Part shown: positions 48,307-64,000 of the stretch, one piece after another
How positions within the stretch are numbered: position 1 is the stretch's first letter
How the letters are laid out: each line of letters begins with the position of its first letter
Assembly: GCA_009103225.1 (NCBI GenBank)
Contig: RHPI01002836.1
Location: 234,578 to 298,577 of the forward strand
Direction of reading: 5' to 3'
Length of the DNA: 64,000 nucleotides
Source: Chlorokybus atmophyticus
Taxonomy: Eukaryota > Plantae > Mesostigma and Chlorokybus algae
Notes under the pieces: generated by a model
Told to the model about the DNA's origin: nothing
Seen by the model: the letters and a program-made list of their open reading frames with translations, nothing else
Databases searched by the model: none
Translations under genes and position numbers: made by a program

Positions 48307-51300
48307 TCAACCAGCATCAGGAGGAGGAGGTGGAGGACGAGGAGGACCAGCAGCAGCACCAGCAGCAGGAGGAGGAGAAGGAGGAGGACGAGGAGGTCTT
48401 GGTATGGAGCACTGAGCGCGGTAGCTGCTGAGGGCTAATACACCTGCGGGGGTTTGCAACCACGCCCATGCAGCGCCATAGTCCATTGGACGCTGTAGCT
48501 GATACAATGGCGCTGCCGCTAGTCCTCGAAATGAAGCCATCCCTTCGTCAAGGTCACGGAGGTGGTGCACAAATGTTGATAGCATGACAACCATTACGTC
48601 AAACATGGAAATTAGGGTAGCGCGCCTTGTGATTTCGGGTTCCTGCAAGATGCCAGTGTAGTGCGACTCGGCGTTCCTATAGAAGTCCCAGAACCCACTG
48701 GCACCTTGTTGAAAGCCAGTGAATGGAATGGCACTCCGTTGTGATTGCTGCCACGCCTGCCTGATTTGAGCTGCACGCCATATGACGATACCCGGCCATT
48801 CGACTGGGTCCTCCCGAAATCTTTGTGGCCAATCGTCAAAGAGCTGAGTGTTTGGCAAACGGCCCAACACTATTGTACGTTCGTAGTTTCGCAGTGCAAA
48901 AAATTGGTTGGAGACCTCACGCGCCCACTCCTTGATTCTGCCGATGAGGTATTGCACATGATCCTGTGCTACCTGCTGGAGCTGTGCTCTGTGATCTGCC
49001 ACCTGCTTGTCCAGCTGTTCTTTAAGGTCTCTCACCTGCTTGTCTAAAGCTTCTGCACCTGCTAGCGCTTCATTTTTTCAGCTTTTCGTCAACGCATAGG
49101 TCGACAGCCCCTCCGACAGCCTCTGATGTTGAAGGCACTGCAGCCAGCCTCTGTTCCAACTTTTGATAGTGGGTTTGCGCCTCTGCCAGCTGCCGCTCTG
49201 CTTCATTAGCTCTTCTTGTCGCGGCATCGACAGCCGCTGCATCGACAGCCCCTCCAACGGCCTCTGATGCTGACTGCCTCGCCGCTTGCTGTGCTACCTC
49301 CTGCTACAGCTGGCGAATGCGCTGCCGAGAACTCTCCATCTCTTCCCCAATCTTGGCGCCCGCAGAGGAGCTAGAGGCCATTGCCAGCATGCGCGATTGC
49401 AAATCAAAGTTTCGCAATTCGAGGCCGCGAATCTGGGCGTCAATTGATGCCGCACGCTCCTTGGCGGCTTCGAGTGCTGTAGCCAACTCCTCTTGCAGTT
49501 TGGCGACCTCAACATCGGTGGTTGCAGCCCTCTGCTGCAACTCCTCCCTCTCCTTGCGCAGGTCGTCCACCTGAGAGTTGGAAGCGGCAGCCCTCTGCTG
49601 CAACTCCTCCCTCTCCTTGCGCAGGTTGTCCACCTGAGAGTTGGAAGCGGCAGCCCTCTGCTGCAACTCCGCCAATTCCTTTTGTAGCTTGGCGACCTCA
49701 GAGTTGGAAGCTGCAGCCCTCTGCTCCGCATGCTCCAAATCCTTGCGCACATTGTTGACCTCAGCATCGGTTAATGCAGCCCTCTGCTCCGTCTCCTCCA
49801 AATCATTGCGCAGCTTGGCAATAACAGCATCTGGTGCCCCAGCCCTCTGCTCCAACTCCTGGAATTCTTTCGCAGCTCGGCTAAGAGTAGGTTGAACTCA
49901 TCGTTTGTTCTTGATGCTGTCTTCATCGTCTCCTCCAACTCCTTGCGCACCCGGGCGACCTCAGTGTTGGCATCTGCAGCCCTCTGTTGCGTCTCCTGTA
50001 ACTCCTTGCGAAGGATTGCAACCTGTTGCTGCGACTCCGCTACTTCAAGGTCAAGAGTACGCTGGTAATACTGCTTGCGCGCCTCGTTCACACTGACTAG
50101 GCTGGTCTGCAGGTTGTCACGAGTTGCAAGAACGCGCTCTTGTCCTTGCTGTCGCACATAGACATCAAGTAANNNNNNNNNNNNNNNNNNNNNNNNNNNN
50201 NNNNNNNNNNNNNNNNNNNNNNNNNNNNNNNNNNNNNNNNNNNNNNNNNNNNNNNNNNNNNNNNNNNNNNNNNNNNNNNNNNNNNNNNNNNNNNNNNNNN
50301 NNNNNNNNNNNNNNNNNNNNNNNNNNNNNNNNNNNNNNNNNNNNNNNNNNNNNNNNNNNNNNNNNNNNNNNNNNNNNNNNNNNNNNNNNNNNNNNNNNNN
50401 NNNNNNNNNNNNNNNNNNNNNNNNNNNNNNNNNNNNNNNNNNNNNNNNNNNNNNNNNNNNNCCCCCCCCCCCCCCCCCCCCCCCCTTCTTCTACAATGAC
50501 TGTACGCGATGCAATTATTCTCACCAATGCTTGTCTTGTAAGCCCGAGGGCGAATGACAGCTGTTTTGCAGAAATATCCACAGCGTTTGCCACTTCCTCG
50601 TTCAATTTCGATGCGTCATTGACGGGCTTGCGGTGCTCCTCGTGGGCCTTCTTAAAACCTTCAATTGTATCACGCGCTGCTGCTAGAGCCTCCTCTCCAG
50701 CTTGTGGCCGCACAGCTGGTGGAGCTTGCCGTGCAGGAGTGTCTAGCTGAAGGGGACGTTTCTTCTCAGCTGGGGGTGTAGACATGGGGGCACTTGTTCT
50801 CTCTCTCTTTCTCTTGGCAGATGGACAGGGACTGTCATGGAGACTGTCGTGAGGTGGACTGTGGTGAGGTGGACTGTCGGCTGGTGGACTGTCCGCGCAG
50901 CTGTCATAAGGTGGACTGTCCTTGGGACTGTGGGGAGGTGGAGTGTCAGGTGGAGGATTTTCACGCTCAGCTTGTCTCTCCAACCAGGTCTTCAATGGTG
51001 GAGGTGCGGGGTGCAAGGGCACTCTCAACTGATGGAGATGATCGTCGTATGAATGGGGAGTATCAGGGTTGTTGATTGCCACCAACAAAGATGCTGCAGC
51101 TTGTGCCTCCGCCCGTGTGTCAGCTTCGCTCTGCTCTTTTACAAGTGTACGCACAATGTCCCGCTTAAGTTCGTCAAGCCACTCCTTTCTGGACTTCTTG
51201 AAGCCCTTCTGCAGCATACCCCGGATCTTTCTCTCCCAATCCTTTTCCCAGTCCTCTCCCTTCAGTGCCAATGCTGTCGCCTGCCTGGTGAGAGCCCCCT

Positions 51301-51612
51301 CTCTGGTTTTCAATGAATGCTGTCTGAGTTTTGTGCATCTCGGCAGTCTTTCTCTGGATACCAGCGACCTTTTCCTGCAAAAACAGGTAACAATTGAAGC
51401 AAATGTGTGAAGTGAAAGGTGCACCACATGCTGACGTACCCTGATCACGTTCTCTTGTTCTATCCGTAGGTCTAACTCCCTAATGACTTGTTTTAGGGCG
51501 TCGACTTGTCTGTTTGCGGCCTCTTTAATTTCGTGGGCAGCATCATAAACCGCTTTACAGAAATGAACAGATATTTGACGCTGAATATGGGCTTCAGAAT
51601 CTATCTGTTGAC
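48307..51612 (-). CDS. Long coiled-coil protein region (21-aa heptad repeats, Asp-Ser-Pro repeats, 242-aa unknown C-terminal domain); disrupted and gapped
   Basis: ORFs 50165-51721, 49771-50157, 49304-49855 (ELQQRAAASNSQVDDLRKERE repeats) and 48307-49035, all on the minus strand. Putative intron ~51380-51436. Confidence 0.6.
50173..50461. other. Assembly gap (289 N)
   Basis: Run of N followed by poly-C. Confidence 0.99.
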
Positions 51613-51738
51613 ACATGCACGTGATCTTGGTTGTTAGCATACATGTCATAGTGCATGCAAGTGCACTGCGACAGGAATGCAAACAATTGACTGTCGATAA
51701 GACTGTCGGAGAGACTGTCATTGTTGGAAGACTGTCAG

Positions 51739-52140
51739 TGTTGAGATCCGGACTAGCCCACTCGGCTAGCCTCGCGCGAGGCTAGCCGAGTGGGCTAGTC
51801 CGGATCTTAACAAAAGGTGGGGCCCTGCGACCCGGCCATTTAAGGCCTTTCATTGTTCATTCGTCAAGCAGCGGCCTGTCCCCAAGCGTGCTTGGCGCGC
51901 GGTAGCCTCCGTCCCTGGCTGTCTTACAACGAGCGCGCGAGCTACTGCGGCGGCTTCACTTGCCGCGCTGAATTGTGGAGCAGTGCCAAAAATCGGGCTC
52001 TCTCTCACTGCCAATTTGCAGTGCGCCCGGTGGGACTTGAACTCAGGTCGCTAGGGCAGCACCTTTTATTGAAATCCGGACTAGCCCACTCGGCTAGCCT
52101 CGCGCGAGGCTAGCCGAATGGGCTAGTCCGGATCTCAACA
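51739..52140. mobile_element. 402-bp TG...CA element with 5-bp TSD and a palindromic 74-bp repeat at each end
   Basis: TSD GTCAG on both sides. 51739-51812 and 52067-52140 are copies of each other, and each is self-complementary. Confidence 0.8.
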
Positions 52141-52155
52141 GTCAGTACAACTCAC

Positions 52156-54257
52156 CATTCTTGTCTTTGCGTCCGCATTGGGCATGCTGAAGACACGCTG
52201 GACCATACGCATGGAATATGCGAAGTCAATCTCGCCCAGCTGCCTTGGTGGCTTGCTGGTAAGCAATCACATAGCGTCCTCCGTGGTCAACTTCCAACTT
52301 CTCGCAAGCCTCTGCGCCGCATCCTCCGTTTGCCACAGTTGGGTCTGCCAGTAAAGAAGGCAAGTTAGCTTCCAGTGTCACAGTTGTGGAGTCGTTAACA
52401 GTCTCGCATTGACAGTCGCACTAACAAGGCATGCAAACTGGGCATGCAGCAATGCAATCACACTTACTTGGTCTGTCTGCCCGTCTGTTGGCGCAGGGAA
52501 AGGGGTGTAGTCTAAGAGTAGCTCCTCCCCTGCCTTGATGTCCCTAGTCGCATACACAGTGACAGCTTGGTGGCCGACGTCATTGAAGTCCGAGTAGAAC
52601 ATGACGTTGGGCTGAGTGTGCCCATGTGCGGAGTTGATGTAAGCCGCTACACAGCCAGTGCGGGGGTGCCTGTCGATGACAACCTGATATTGGCTTAGTG
52701 TATCTGGTGGAAACAGGTTGACGTGATATCGCCGGTGGTGTCATATGTCGCTGATTTGCTGGTAACAATGCAATACCTCCTCCATCTCCTGTTGCTTGAA
52801 CCATTTGCCGTCATATGGCAACAGGTAAGCCTCTGCACAGATGCGCACAAGTCATGAGTGATCCGCGAGTACACAGAGAGACATGCACACAAAGATACAC
52901 ACGCACACACGTGCACGTACTGTTTGGAATGTCTTCGCAGGCAAACAGTCTCAGTCCAGCACCAGTGATGGTTGAGTCCTTGATTAACCAGTTGTGCTTA
53001 AGATACTTGAAGTGCTCGTTGACTTGGATGCGTGTGGATGCTCTTGCATCCTCCACATTATCCAGTCTCCACAGCTGGTGCTTGTCTCCAACGCTACGAT
53101 GGATGAGCTTGAGGTTTGGTATCTCCCGGTCAGTCTGTTTAATGCAGTGATAAGTAACCATCAGACTCTAGCGCAAAGACAAACACAGACCATTACATTT
53201 GCATAGGTTGTCATGATATGTTCTCACCCTTAAGTAGTCAGCAGAAAGTTTGAGTGGCGCTTTAGAACCTGTTGAGGGGTAGCGTTTCACCTGGAATTTG
53301 TTCATCTCTTCAAGAGCACTGGCGAATTCCGCTGCATAATCCACCGCTGCGGCTTGGCGACGCCCTGAGGGTTTCCGCTTCGGTGGACTGGGTATCGCAC
53401 CCTCCTTGTCCTCGTCCTTGTCCTCGTCCTCGTCCTCGTCCTCATGCTGTGGTTCTCTTGCTACTCCTGCTCCTCGAGATCGTGTTGCTCTGCGTGTCTA
53501 GGTATGCATAGCCGCCAGCTGTTGCATTTCTTCGTACAGTTCTTTGGTCTGAAACGTGGCAGGGTTAGTACGCATGTTGCAGTATGGTTTTATTGCTGTT
53601 GTGCAAATTCAGCAACTCACATATCCTGGAATAGCCTTGATGTCTGCCATCTTGCAGTGCTTCAAGTTTGGGACTGTGGGATTGGGGTAAGGGGGCAGTT
53701 GCTCATCCTGCAGCACGCCGCTGCTGGCGAGTTGCATTGTGCGTTCAAACATGTCACGAAACTTCAAGTAGTCCAAGAATACAACGGTTGCACTCATATT
53801 ACAACCGATATGCGCAGGATTCAAGCAACGGCTGTCAAGTATCTGCACCATGCGCCAATGCGCTGTACGCACGCGCAAGGCACAGATCATTGACAGTCCA
53901 GGCAGGATGTTGCAAAAACTTGGATCAAGAATGCCTGAGGGTTCCTACCCTGATGGATTGCTGGATTTCCTCTGCCAACTTTTCGAGTGTAGCCTTGTCC
54001 TCCCTCCCTCCCTTATTGCTGAGCACGCGCATCATTTGACACAGAGCACCATTCCGGTGCTGTGCGATTTTCGTGGGCTTGGTCTCTCCCATGCCAGGTT
54101 GGCCGTTTGCATCACGGTGACCAGCGTGCACGCTGTTCATACAGTAAAGGCAGCCCCATATAAACTGCGGCGCTGTGGACGACCTCCTTCGAGCCATGGT
54201 GTACTGCATGGGACTGTCCACTATGCCAAGAGACTGTCGACGCCTACCCAACAGCAC
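52156..54257 (-). pseudogene. SET-domain protein gene with introns (at least one in-frame stop)
   Basis: LIKDSTITGAGLRLFACEDIP, YLLPYDGKW, VIDRHPRTGCVAAYINSAHGHTQPNV and VYATRDIKAGEELLLDY in order. TGA at 52741-52743 (minus). Upstream acidic EDEDEDKDED and basic PPKRK segments. Confidence 0.8.
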
Positions 54258-54511
54258 CCTGAACCAAACCCTTCACCCCCAATCTTCGCTCAACAACAAC
54301 AACAACCATGCCAAAGGTCTTGCAACGCTTGTGTACGCCGCCAACCCACAAACAGCCGTCAATTCCTAGGCGAGTTCAACCCTAATTTACCGACAGCCGC
54401 GTCGCTCTCTTGGCGAGTTGCATTGTTGCGCTACTTGTGCGGCTTGTGTGGCTTGTACGAACTCACAACGCTTGTGCGGCTTGTGCGGTTGTTTATGTAA
54501 GGCACTGGTCC

Positions 54512-54846
54512 GACAGTCCCTGTTGACAGTCGACAGCTTGGGTTGCTCACTTGCTGTGGTGCCAGGACACTTGCACTTCTGCTGTGCTGTTTGCCAGTTG
54601 ATTTCAGCTGTTGAAAGGTGAGCAGGTTGCTTGCAAGCTTGAATGCTTGCTTGCTTGCATGACAGTCTCTGTTGACAGTCGACAGCTTGGGTTGCTCACT
54701 TGCTGTGGTGCCAGGACACTTGCACTTCTGCTGTGCTGTTTGCCAGTTGATTTCAGCTGTTGAAAGGTGAGCAGGTTGCTTGCAAGCTTGAATGCTTGCT
54801 TGCTTGCATGACAGTCTCTGTTAACAGTTGACAGCTTGGGTTGCCC
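54512..54846. repeat. 149-bp tandem repeat (2.25 copies) in the divergent intergenic region
   Basis: Units start at 54512, 54661 and 54810, each beginning GACAGTC.CTGTTGACAGTCGACAGC (third copy with substitutions). Confidence 0.9.
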
Positions 54847-54910
54847 CAAGTGTGAAGTCAAACTGTTTGCTCCAAGTTTAGTTGTTTGTTCAGGCAGTCC
54901 AACTGACACC

Positions 54911-58150
<3,240 letters not shown>

Positions 58151-61100
58151 AGGTGGGTGGTTTACTGTGCTACAGTTGCATGTGTGTGTCAACACTATAT
58201 GTCTTGTGTAAACACAGGTAGACTTACAGTTGTTTTGCAAACATTTGATGCACGAGTTGGCTGCAGGGGCTGTCCACAGAGGCTGTTAAACAAGGGTGTC
58301 CCTGGCTCCTGAGGTTGGGAGTCAGCACACAATGTGAAAAGATGGGAGTGGCTTCACATGGGGTCCAGCTGCCCAGGCGAAGGTGCAACACAACAAAGCT
58401 GTTGTCAGCTGCGACTGTCAACAGCAGCGTGCAGTGCATGTAGGAGACTGTAGGTATAGTACATGACGCTAGCTTAATACTGATGATCATGATCAGACTG
58501 TCCTTTGCCAGTCCATTCCAGCATTTTTGTGAATTGTATGCGTGGCGGATTGTATGCACCAGGCATGGTGCATGCAACAGCACGCACACCATGCATGGCT
58601 TCCATGCATGTGACATCATGACATACCATGATTGGTGCACCAAATCAAGGTAGACCGCACCATGTATGGTGCGGTGCCTGGCAGGACCATACGTGGTGCC
58701 GCTTGTGGACCATGTATGCGCAACACCTTGTCGGTAGCCATGGACCATTCATGGTGCGACTGTCGACCAGACTGGCACCATATGTGGTCCACTGTGCAAG
58801 GAGGGCAGCGCACCATGATTGGTCCAGGCAATCTCAGTAACAAACATGACTCGCAGTCCGTATCCATGGACCATGTATGGTGCGACTGTCAGTCACCGGA
58901 CATGAAGCAAGCAACAAACCATGGATGGTCCACTGTTCCAGGGGGCATCGCACCATGCATGGTCCATAAATTTCATGCATACTGGCCACCATGCCTGGTG
59001 CGTCCCAAGGGACAATGGTACCATTCACGTGAAATTCGGACCATGCATGGTCCGACTCTCCATGAAAGCCGGACCATACATGGTCCGTCAATTTCACTTA
59101 GCAGGGGAAAATCCCGATCCTGCGTCACGGACCATTCATGGTCCTTGAACGTCAATCCGTGTGTAGATATCTGCAGTAGGCTAGGAGCATTCTCCTGTAT
59201 GGGGCTGCCTAGGGTATATAGGCCGCGGGACAGCCGCCAGAGACTAGACCGGACAGATCAGACTAGACAGACCTAGAGTTTGCAGTAGATGCACTTACGA
59301 GAGTCTTGGTCTCCCTGTTGCAGTGTGTGACTTGTACCCTTGTGCTTACTTTGTGTGTGTGCATGCATACATGCAGTAGAAGGTCTGCATTTGTGTGAGC
59401 AGCTTTGTGCTCGTTAGCTGCATAGCTACACTGTGTGTGTAGAGTCTCAACTCAACACCCTGCTCTCTATACAGCACTGATTGGCAGAAGTCTCTGCCAA
59501 CAGGTTATGGGCCCACAACCACACTAGTGTGGATTGCTGTGAGAGCATTGTTGAGATTGTAGGAGTTGAGAGATCAGTTGTGCTTGGGTTGAGAAGCAGT
59601 TGTGATTGTTGAGGGGATTGAGAACCCGTGGGAGTGAGCAAGCTGTCAGAGACGCTGGAATTCTGAAGGAGCTTGAAGAGGAAGTTGTTCGTCACCGACA
59701 TGGGGGATGAGCGAGTTCACATCGAGCAGTTGGACCAGGACAACTACAGCATCTGGAGCGTGAAGCTGAAGGCTTTACTCATTGGGAAGAGGATTTGGAA
59801 GTATGTCGACCCCAACAACAAGGAGTTAGAAGAAGCTGCACCCGGCACCCTATCAGCTTGGACAGATAAGCAAGAGGAAGCCCTGTCTGTGATTATGTTG
59901 CGAGTGAAGGATGTGCATCTCCCTACAGTTGCTGAGTGCAACACTGGTCGTGAGGCTTGGCAAGTGCTGAAGGATTTGTTCCAGTCCAACAACAACAGTA
60001 GAAGGTCGCACCTGAGGAGGAAGCTGTCGTTCCTGCGCATGGAGACTGGAGAAAGCATTACCACCTATGTGAGCAGAGCGAGACAGCTGCAACAGGACCC
60101 ACAAAGAGTTGGGCATCGTGTCAAAGAAGAGGAGGTTTGGCATGTCCTAGCAGGCCTATAGGAGCGCTATGATACCATTGTCACTGTGCTGGAGTCGTCT
60201 TCAGAGGAGTTGAAGATGCGTGATGTTATCCCCAAGTTGCTGAGCATGGAGATGAAGATGACAGAGAAGGAGGAAGGATCAGAGAACAGCGCCTTCGCTG
60301 CATTCGTTCCAAAGAAGAGCAAGGGCAACTACAGCAACAACGGTGGAGAAGACAAGCGCGAGAGAACCTGCTACTACTGCAAGCTAAAGGGCCACATCAT
60401 TAGAGACTGCTTCAAGAGGAAGGCTGAAGAGTCTGGCAAAGGAGTACCAGCGGCAACGTCATTCACCGCATTCTGAAAAAGCCAGCAGCAATGAAGCAGG
60501 GGAGGCAAGCTATGTGATTGTTGTTAGCTTGCAAATAGGAACACTTGGTGTGAGAGTCCTTTGTGAGAGATGCAAAGGAGCTTTGTGCATTGTTGTACAT
60601 GTGTGCTGTGTATACCTGCCGGCCTTTCGGTGTGAGGGGTTTCCTTAGTGGGAGGTAAAGTGTTGCTGCAAGGTGCACTATGTGTGTGCTTGGGAGGACA
60701 CTGTGTGTAAACTCGTGATCTGGGAGTAGACTACTGTGTATGGTTGTACTCGTATTGGTTAGTCCTTGTGGAGAGGAGACAATGTCCAGGAGAGAAGACA
60801 GCAGCAGCAGCGTGACAACGAATTTGAAGATAGCTGGAGAGGAGGACTTCTAGGTGGAGCCCTGGACTACAGACTGTGGAGCACTGGAGGCAGTTTACAC
60901 TGGACAGTTGAAGCCGTGGGAGCTATATGCTGAGGAGTGGAGCTGCTACCAGAGCTGGAGCGTTACCTTGGTAGTGGGCTCGAGGGTGTCATGGTGGCAC
61001 CAACTTTGTGGCGGACGAAAGGGAACTGGGTGTGACCTGCGGAAGCGTGATGGAGTCTGCATGAAAAGAAGATCAGCAAGAGTCTACATGAGGAGAAGGA

Positions 61101-61279
61101 CTGGAGCTGAAGATCTCAAGTGAAGACTTGAAGAGTGTGAAGATCTGAAGTCAGAAGCTGGAGCTTCATGTGTTGAAGACTGAAGGTTGAAGACTGAAGA
61201 GAGGACTTGTGTAGTGTGACTGCATGAGTGCATATCAGCCTGCGTGGGAGTGTTGTGCATAGGCATGGCTAGAGCTTAG

Positions 61280-64000
61280 TGTTGAGAGTCATTCCTACAT
61301 ACGATCAGCATCGACCCTCCACACAGGAGTAGAAGGTCGTAAGGATGAGCAATAGGTCCGGACTTAGCAAGATGGCGTCGTCGGACCAGACTCCGGACTC
61401 CAGACTGGAGCCTTACTAACTGTTTTGTATCTCCGCGTATACTTACTCATATTAGGCGTGTGAGAGCTTGTTGGAAAGCTCTGGTTGTAAAAAAGACAAC
61501 GCAGCTTAGAGCGCGTAACAAGGCTGAGTATAGCTTACTCAGTGCTTGAAAACGTAGACGTGTGTGTAACTGGCTGGTATAAGAACCAGCGGACAACTTG
61601 TAATAGATGAATGTGATGTGACTCGTGTATGCCATGGTGGCGGTAGCTCTGTCTCTGCGTGTCTATGCTTGCCTCAACTACTTGTGCATGCTAGTCCTTC
61701 AACAGGTTATGGGCCCACACTACGCTTGAGGAGTGTGAGACTAGCTTGTGTGCATAGTGGTTCTACACTACGGTAGCTTGTTGGTAGCAGAGCTTTGGGT
61801 GTCAACTGCAAGAAAGGCAGGCTCGACAGTGTTGAGAAGCAAGCATGCAAGTAAAGAGGGCAAGCAATGACACACAGGAGAAGGCAACACACTTCCCAAT
61901 TTATTACCAACAGACCGCGGGGTTGTATACCCGCCAGTCAGTACACAGTTTGTACACACTGCTGGTCTACATGCAACAGCGTCCGATATACTGAACCATA
62001 TCCTACGCTGTAAAATGTGCCACGTAGCTAACTTGATAAGCTTTGTAACAAGCTATGCCACGTCCTATAAGACTGAGTATCCTAGGAGATATGACGATTC
62101 TCCTAGGACCCTTCTCTGCAGTCCGCGCCAGGACCTTCTTGTCCGGAGTCTTCGAGGTCCTCCCATCGAGGTCCCTTCTCTTCTCTCTTGTATGCAGGGC
62201 AGGCTGACCGGATGTAGGAATATCTTCAACAGACAGAAATGGAGGCGACCTACGACAAGGGGCAGATTGCAAAGCTGGACACCGACAACTACAACACATG
62301 GTGCGTGGAGATGAAGGCCTTGCTCATTAAAAAAAAGAAGATGTGGAAGTACGTTGATCCGAAGGCACCACCACCAACATCAGGAGCGAACACTGTGTGG
62401 TCAGAGCATTCAGCAGAAGCACACTCTTTGCTTGTGTTGAACAGCAAACCGCATCACTTTCCCATGCTCACTGCATGTGAAGATGGTAGACAAGCTTGGG
62501 AAAAGCTATCAGCCGTTTTCAGAGCCAAGAACAATGCCAGAAAGTTGCAGCTATGCAAGCAGCTGAGCGCACTCAGGAAGGAGGCAGCAGGACCCATCAC
62601 AAAGTATGTTGCGCGCGCGAGAGAGCTATGGGCAGACCTCATCAACGTCGGCCATAATATGGGGGAGACGGAGGTAGTGCTGGCCATTGTTGCAGGGCTA
62701 CCAGCAGAGTACGAGGTCGTTGCGACACTGCTGGAGACATCGTCATCGGAGCTGACGCTGGACGATGTACTACCGAAGCTGCTCACCGTGGAGCAGAGGG
62801 TGATGAAGAAGGACGAGCAAGCTGATGCCGTGGCCTTCTACACCAACAAGCACGGGAAGAAGAGCAACCATGAAGAGAAGCACAAGGGCAACAAGCCGGG
62901 CAATCCTCGTCATAAAGACCTCACATGCCACTCGTGTGGTTGGAAGGGGCACATTGTGAAGGACTGCAGGAAGAAACAACAGGGGCAACCTAGAGCGAGC
63001 ACCAGCAACAGCGGCAACGAGCACCGACACAAGGAGAAACATGTCGCCTTCACTGCATCCAGTTCGAGGGCGGGCACAGCTTTCTGGGTGGTGGACTCTG
63101 GCTGCGATCGTCATCTCACACCAAACAAAGAGGTGATGGAGGGCTACAAGAAGCTGACGTCCATGATCAAGGTGGCGGGCTTCGGTGGTGAAGTACTGGT
63201 GGCTGAGGGAGTTGGCAACTTACGACTCCAGTGCAAGGTTGGTAACACACTACGCGAAGTGTTGTTACGCGACGTCCTGCATGTTGCTAAGGCTATTGCG
63301 AGTTTATTCTCTGTGAGGGTTGCGGAGCGCTTAAGTGCGGAGATCTTATTTCGGAAGGGTGGCTGCTCAGTCATCCTTGGTGGGGTCGTGCATATGGTTG
63401 GAATCGCTGATCCGAGAGGGCTCTACCACGTGGAGCAGCACCCTAAGGACATTGACATTCAAGCCATGGTGGTGAAGGACAAGGAGTCGCCAACATTGTG
63501 GCATCGAAGGTTCGGGCATCTCAGCTACATCAACCTCACTCGCCTTGTCGCTGAGAAGATGGTCAAGGGCATCCATCTCAGCACAGAAGAACTCAAAAAT
63601 GCATCAGGTGCACTTTGTGAACCATGCCTGATTGCAAAGCAGCATGCTATGCCATTCCCATCATCCTCTTCTAGCAGTCAGCATCCTTGCGAGCTTGTGC
63701 ACATGGATGTCTGTGGCCCTATGCGCATTGTGGCGAAGGGAGGAGCCAGGTACTTTGCTACATTCCTCGACAACTACAGCAAGCTGTCCATCATCTTTCC
63801 ATTGACGCTCAAGTCAGAAGTTGCTGGAGCTGTGCGCACAGTTGTGGCCTTGTTGGAGACGCAGTCTAGCAACAAGATGAAGGCAATGAGGAGTGACCGA
63901 GGAGGGGAGTACATCAACAAGGAGTTGAAGGAGTTCTTCGCCAGCAAGGGCATACGCCACGAGACAACGGCACCCTACACCCCGCAGCAGAATGGAGCAG
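61280..64000 (+). mobile_element. Copia beta-2 (5' LTR, PBS, gag, protease, integrase; runs off window)
   Basis: LTR 61280-61704, PBS, gag with CHSCGWKGHIVKDC, WVVDSGCDRH, LWHRRFGH, HMDVCGP, RSDRGGEY. Confidence 0.92.
61830..62231 (-). repeat. Solo Copia LTR related to delta LTRs
   Basis: TGTTGA...TCAACA termini with TSD GACAG on both sides. Absent from the equivalent beta-1 leader at ~37340. Confidence 0.88.

Noticed and set aside
50124-50750. ORFs running through the gap with poly-Pro/poly-Gly
   Set aside because: They are open only because of the N run and the adjacent poly-C.
52156-54257. SET gene as a resident host gene
   Set aside because: It lies within TIRs and a TSD, in an element that itself interrupts a retrotransposon LTR.
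58540-59163. CRISPR-like look of the GGACCATGCATGGTCC arrays (also 9989-10560 and 34810-35160)
   Set aside because: There is no constant-length repeat-spacer period and no cas genes, the context is eukaryotic, and the arrays are explained as CACTA subterminal repeats.

Overview
This is a eukaryotic window (GT-AG introns, green-lineage-like retroelements; host not identifiable from sequence) made almost entirely of nested transposons. I found no clear host gene. Left to right: a rearranged chromodomain Ty3/gypsy element with an internal inverted duplication (1-7594); an older chromovirus remnant; one end of a CACTA-like DNA transposon (from 9989); a gypsy pol ending in a PHD finger; an L1-like LINE split by a ~9.7 kb Copia nest; and further Copia families whose PBS matches the tRNAiMet anticodon region. 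The main object is an 18.1 kb CACTA/EnSpm-like element (41029-59163, 17-bp TIRs CACACGGATTGACGTTC, TAG target-site duplication). It carries a decayed transposase, an antisense intron-containing SET-domain/coiled-coil gene and an unknown gene 'X'. Gene X has a diverged, intron-conserved paralog in the second CACTA-like end. The element is strongly enriched in the palindromic motif GACWGTC, which suggests a transposon-encoded chromatin-targeting or anti-silencing system (hypothesis only). Most ORFs carry stops or frameshifts. All coordinates and counts were read by eye.
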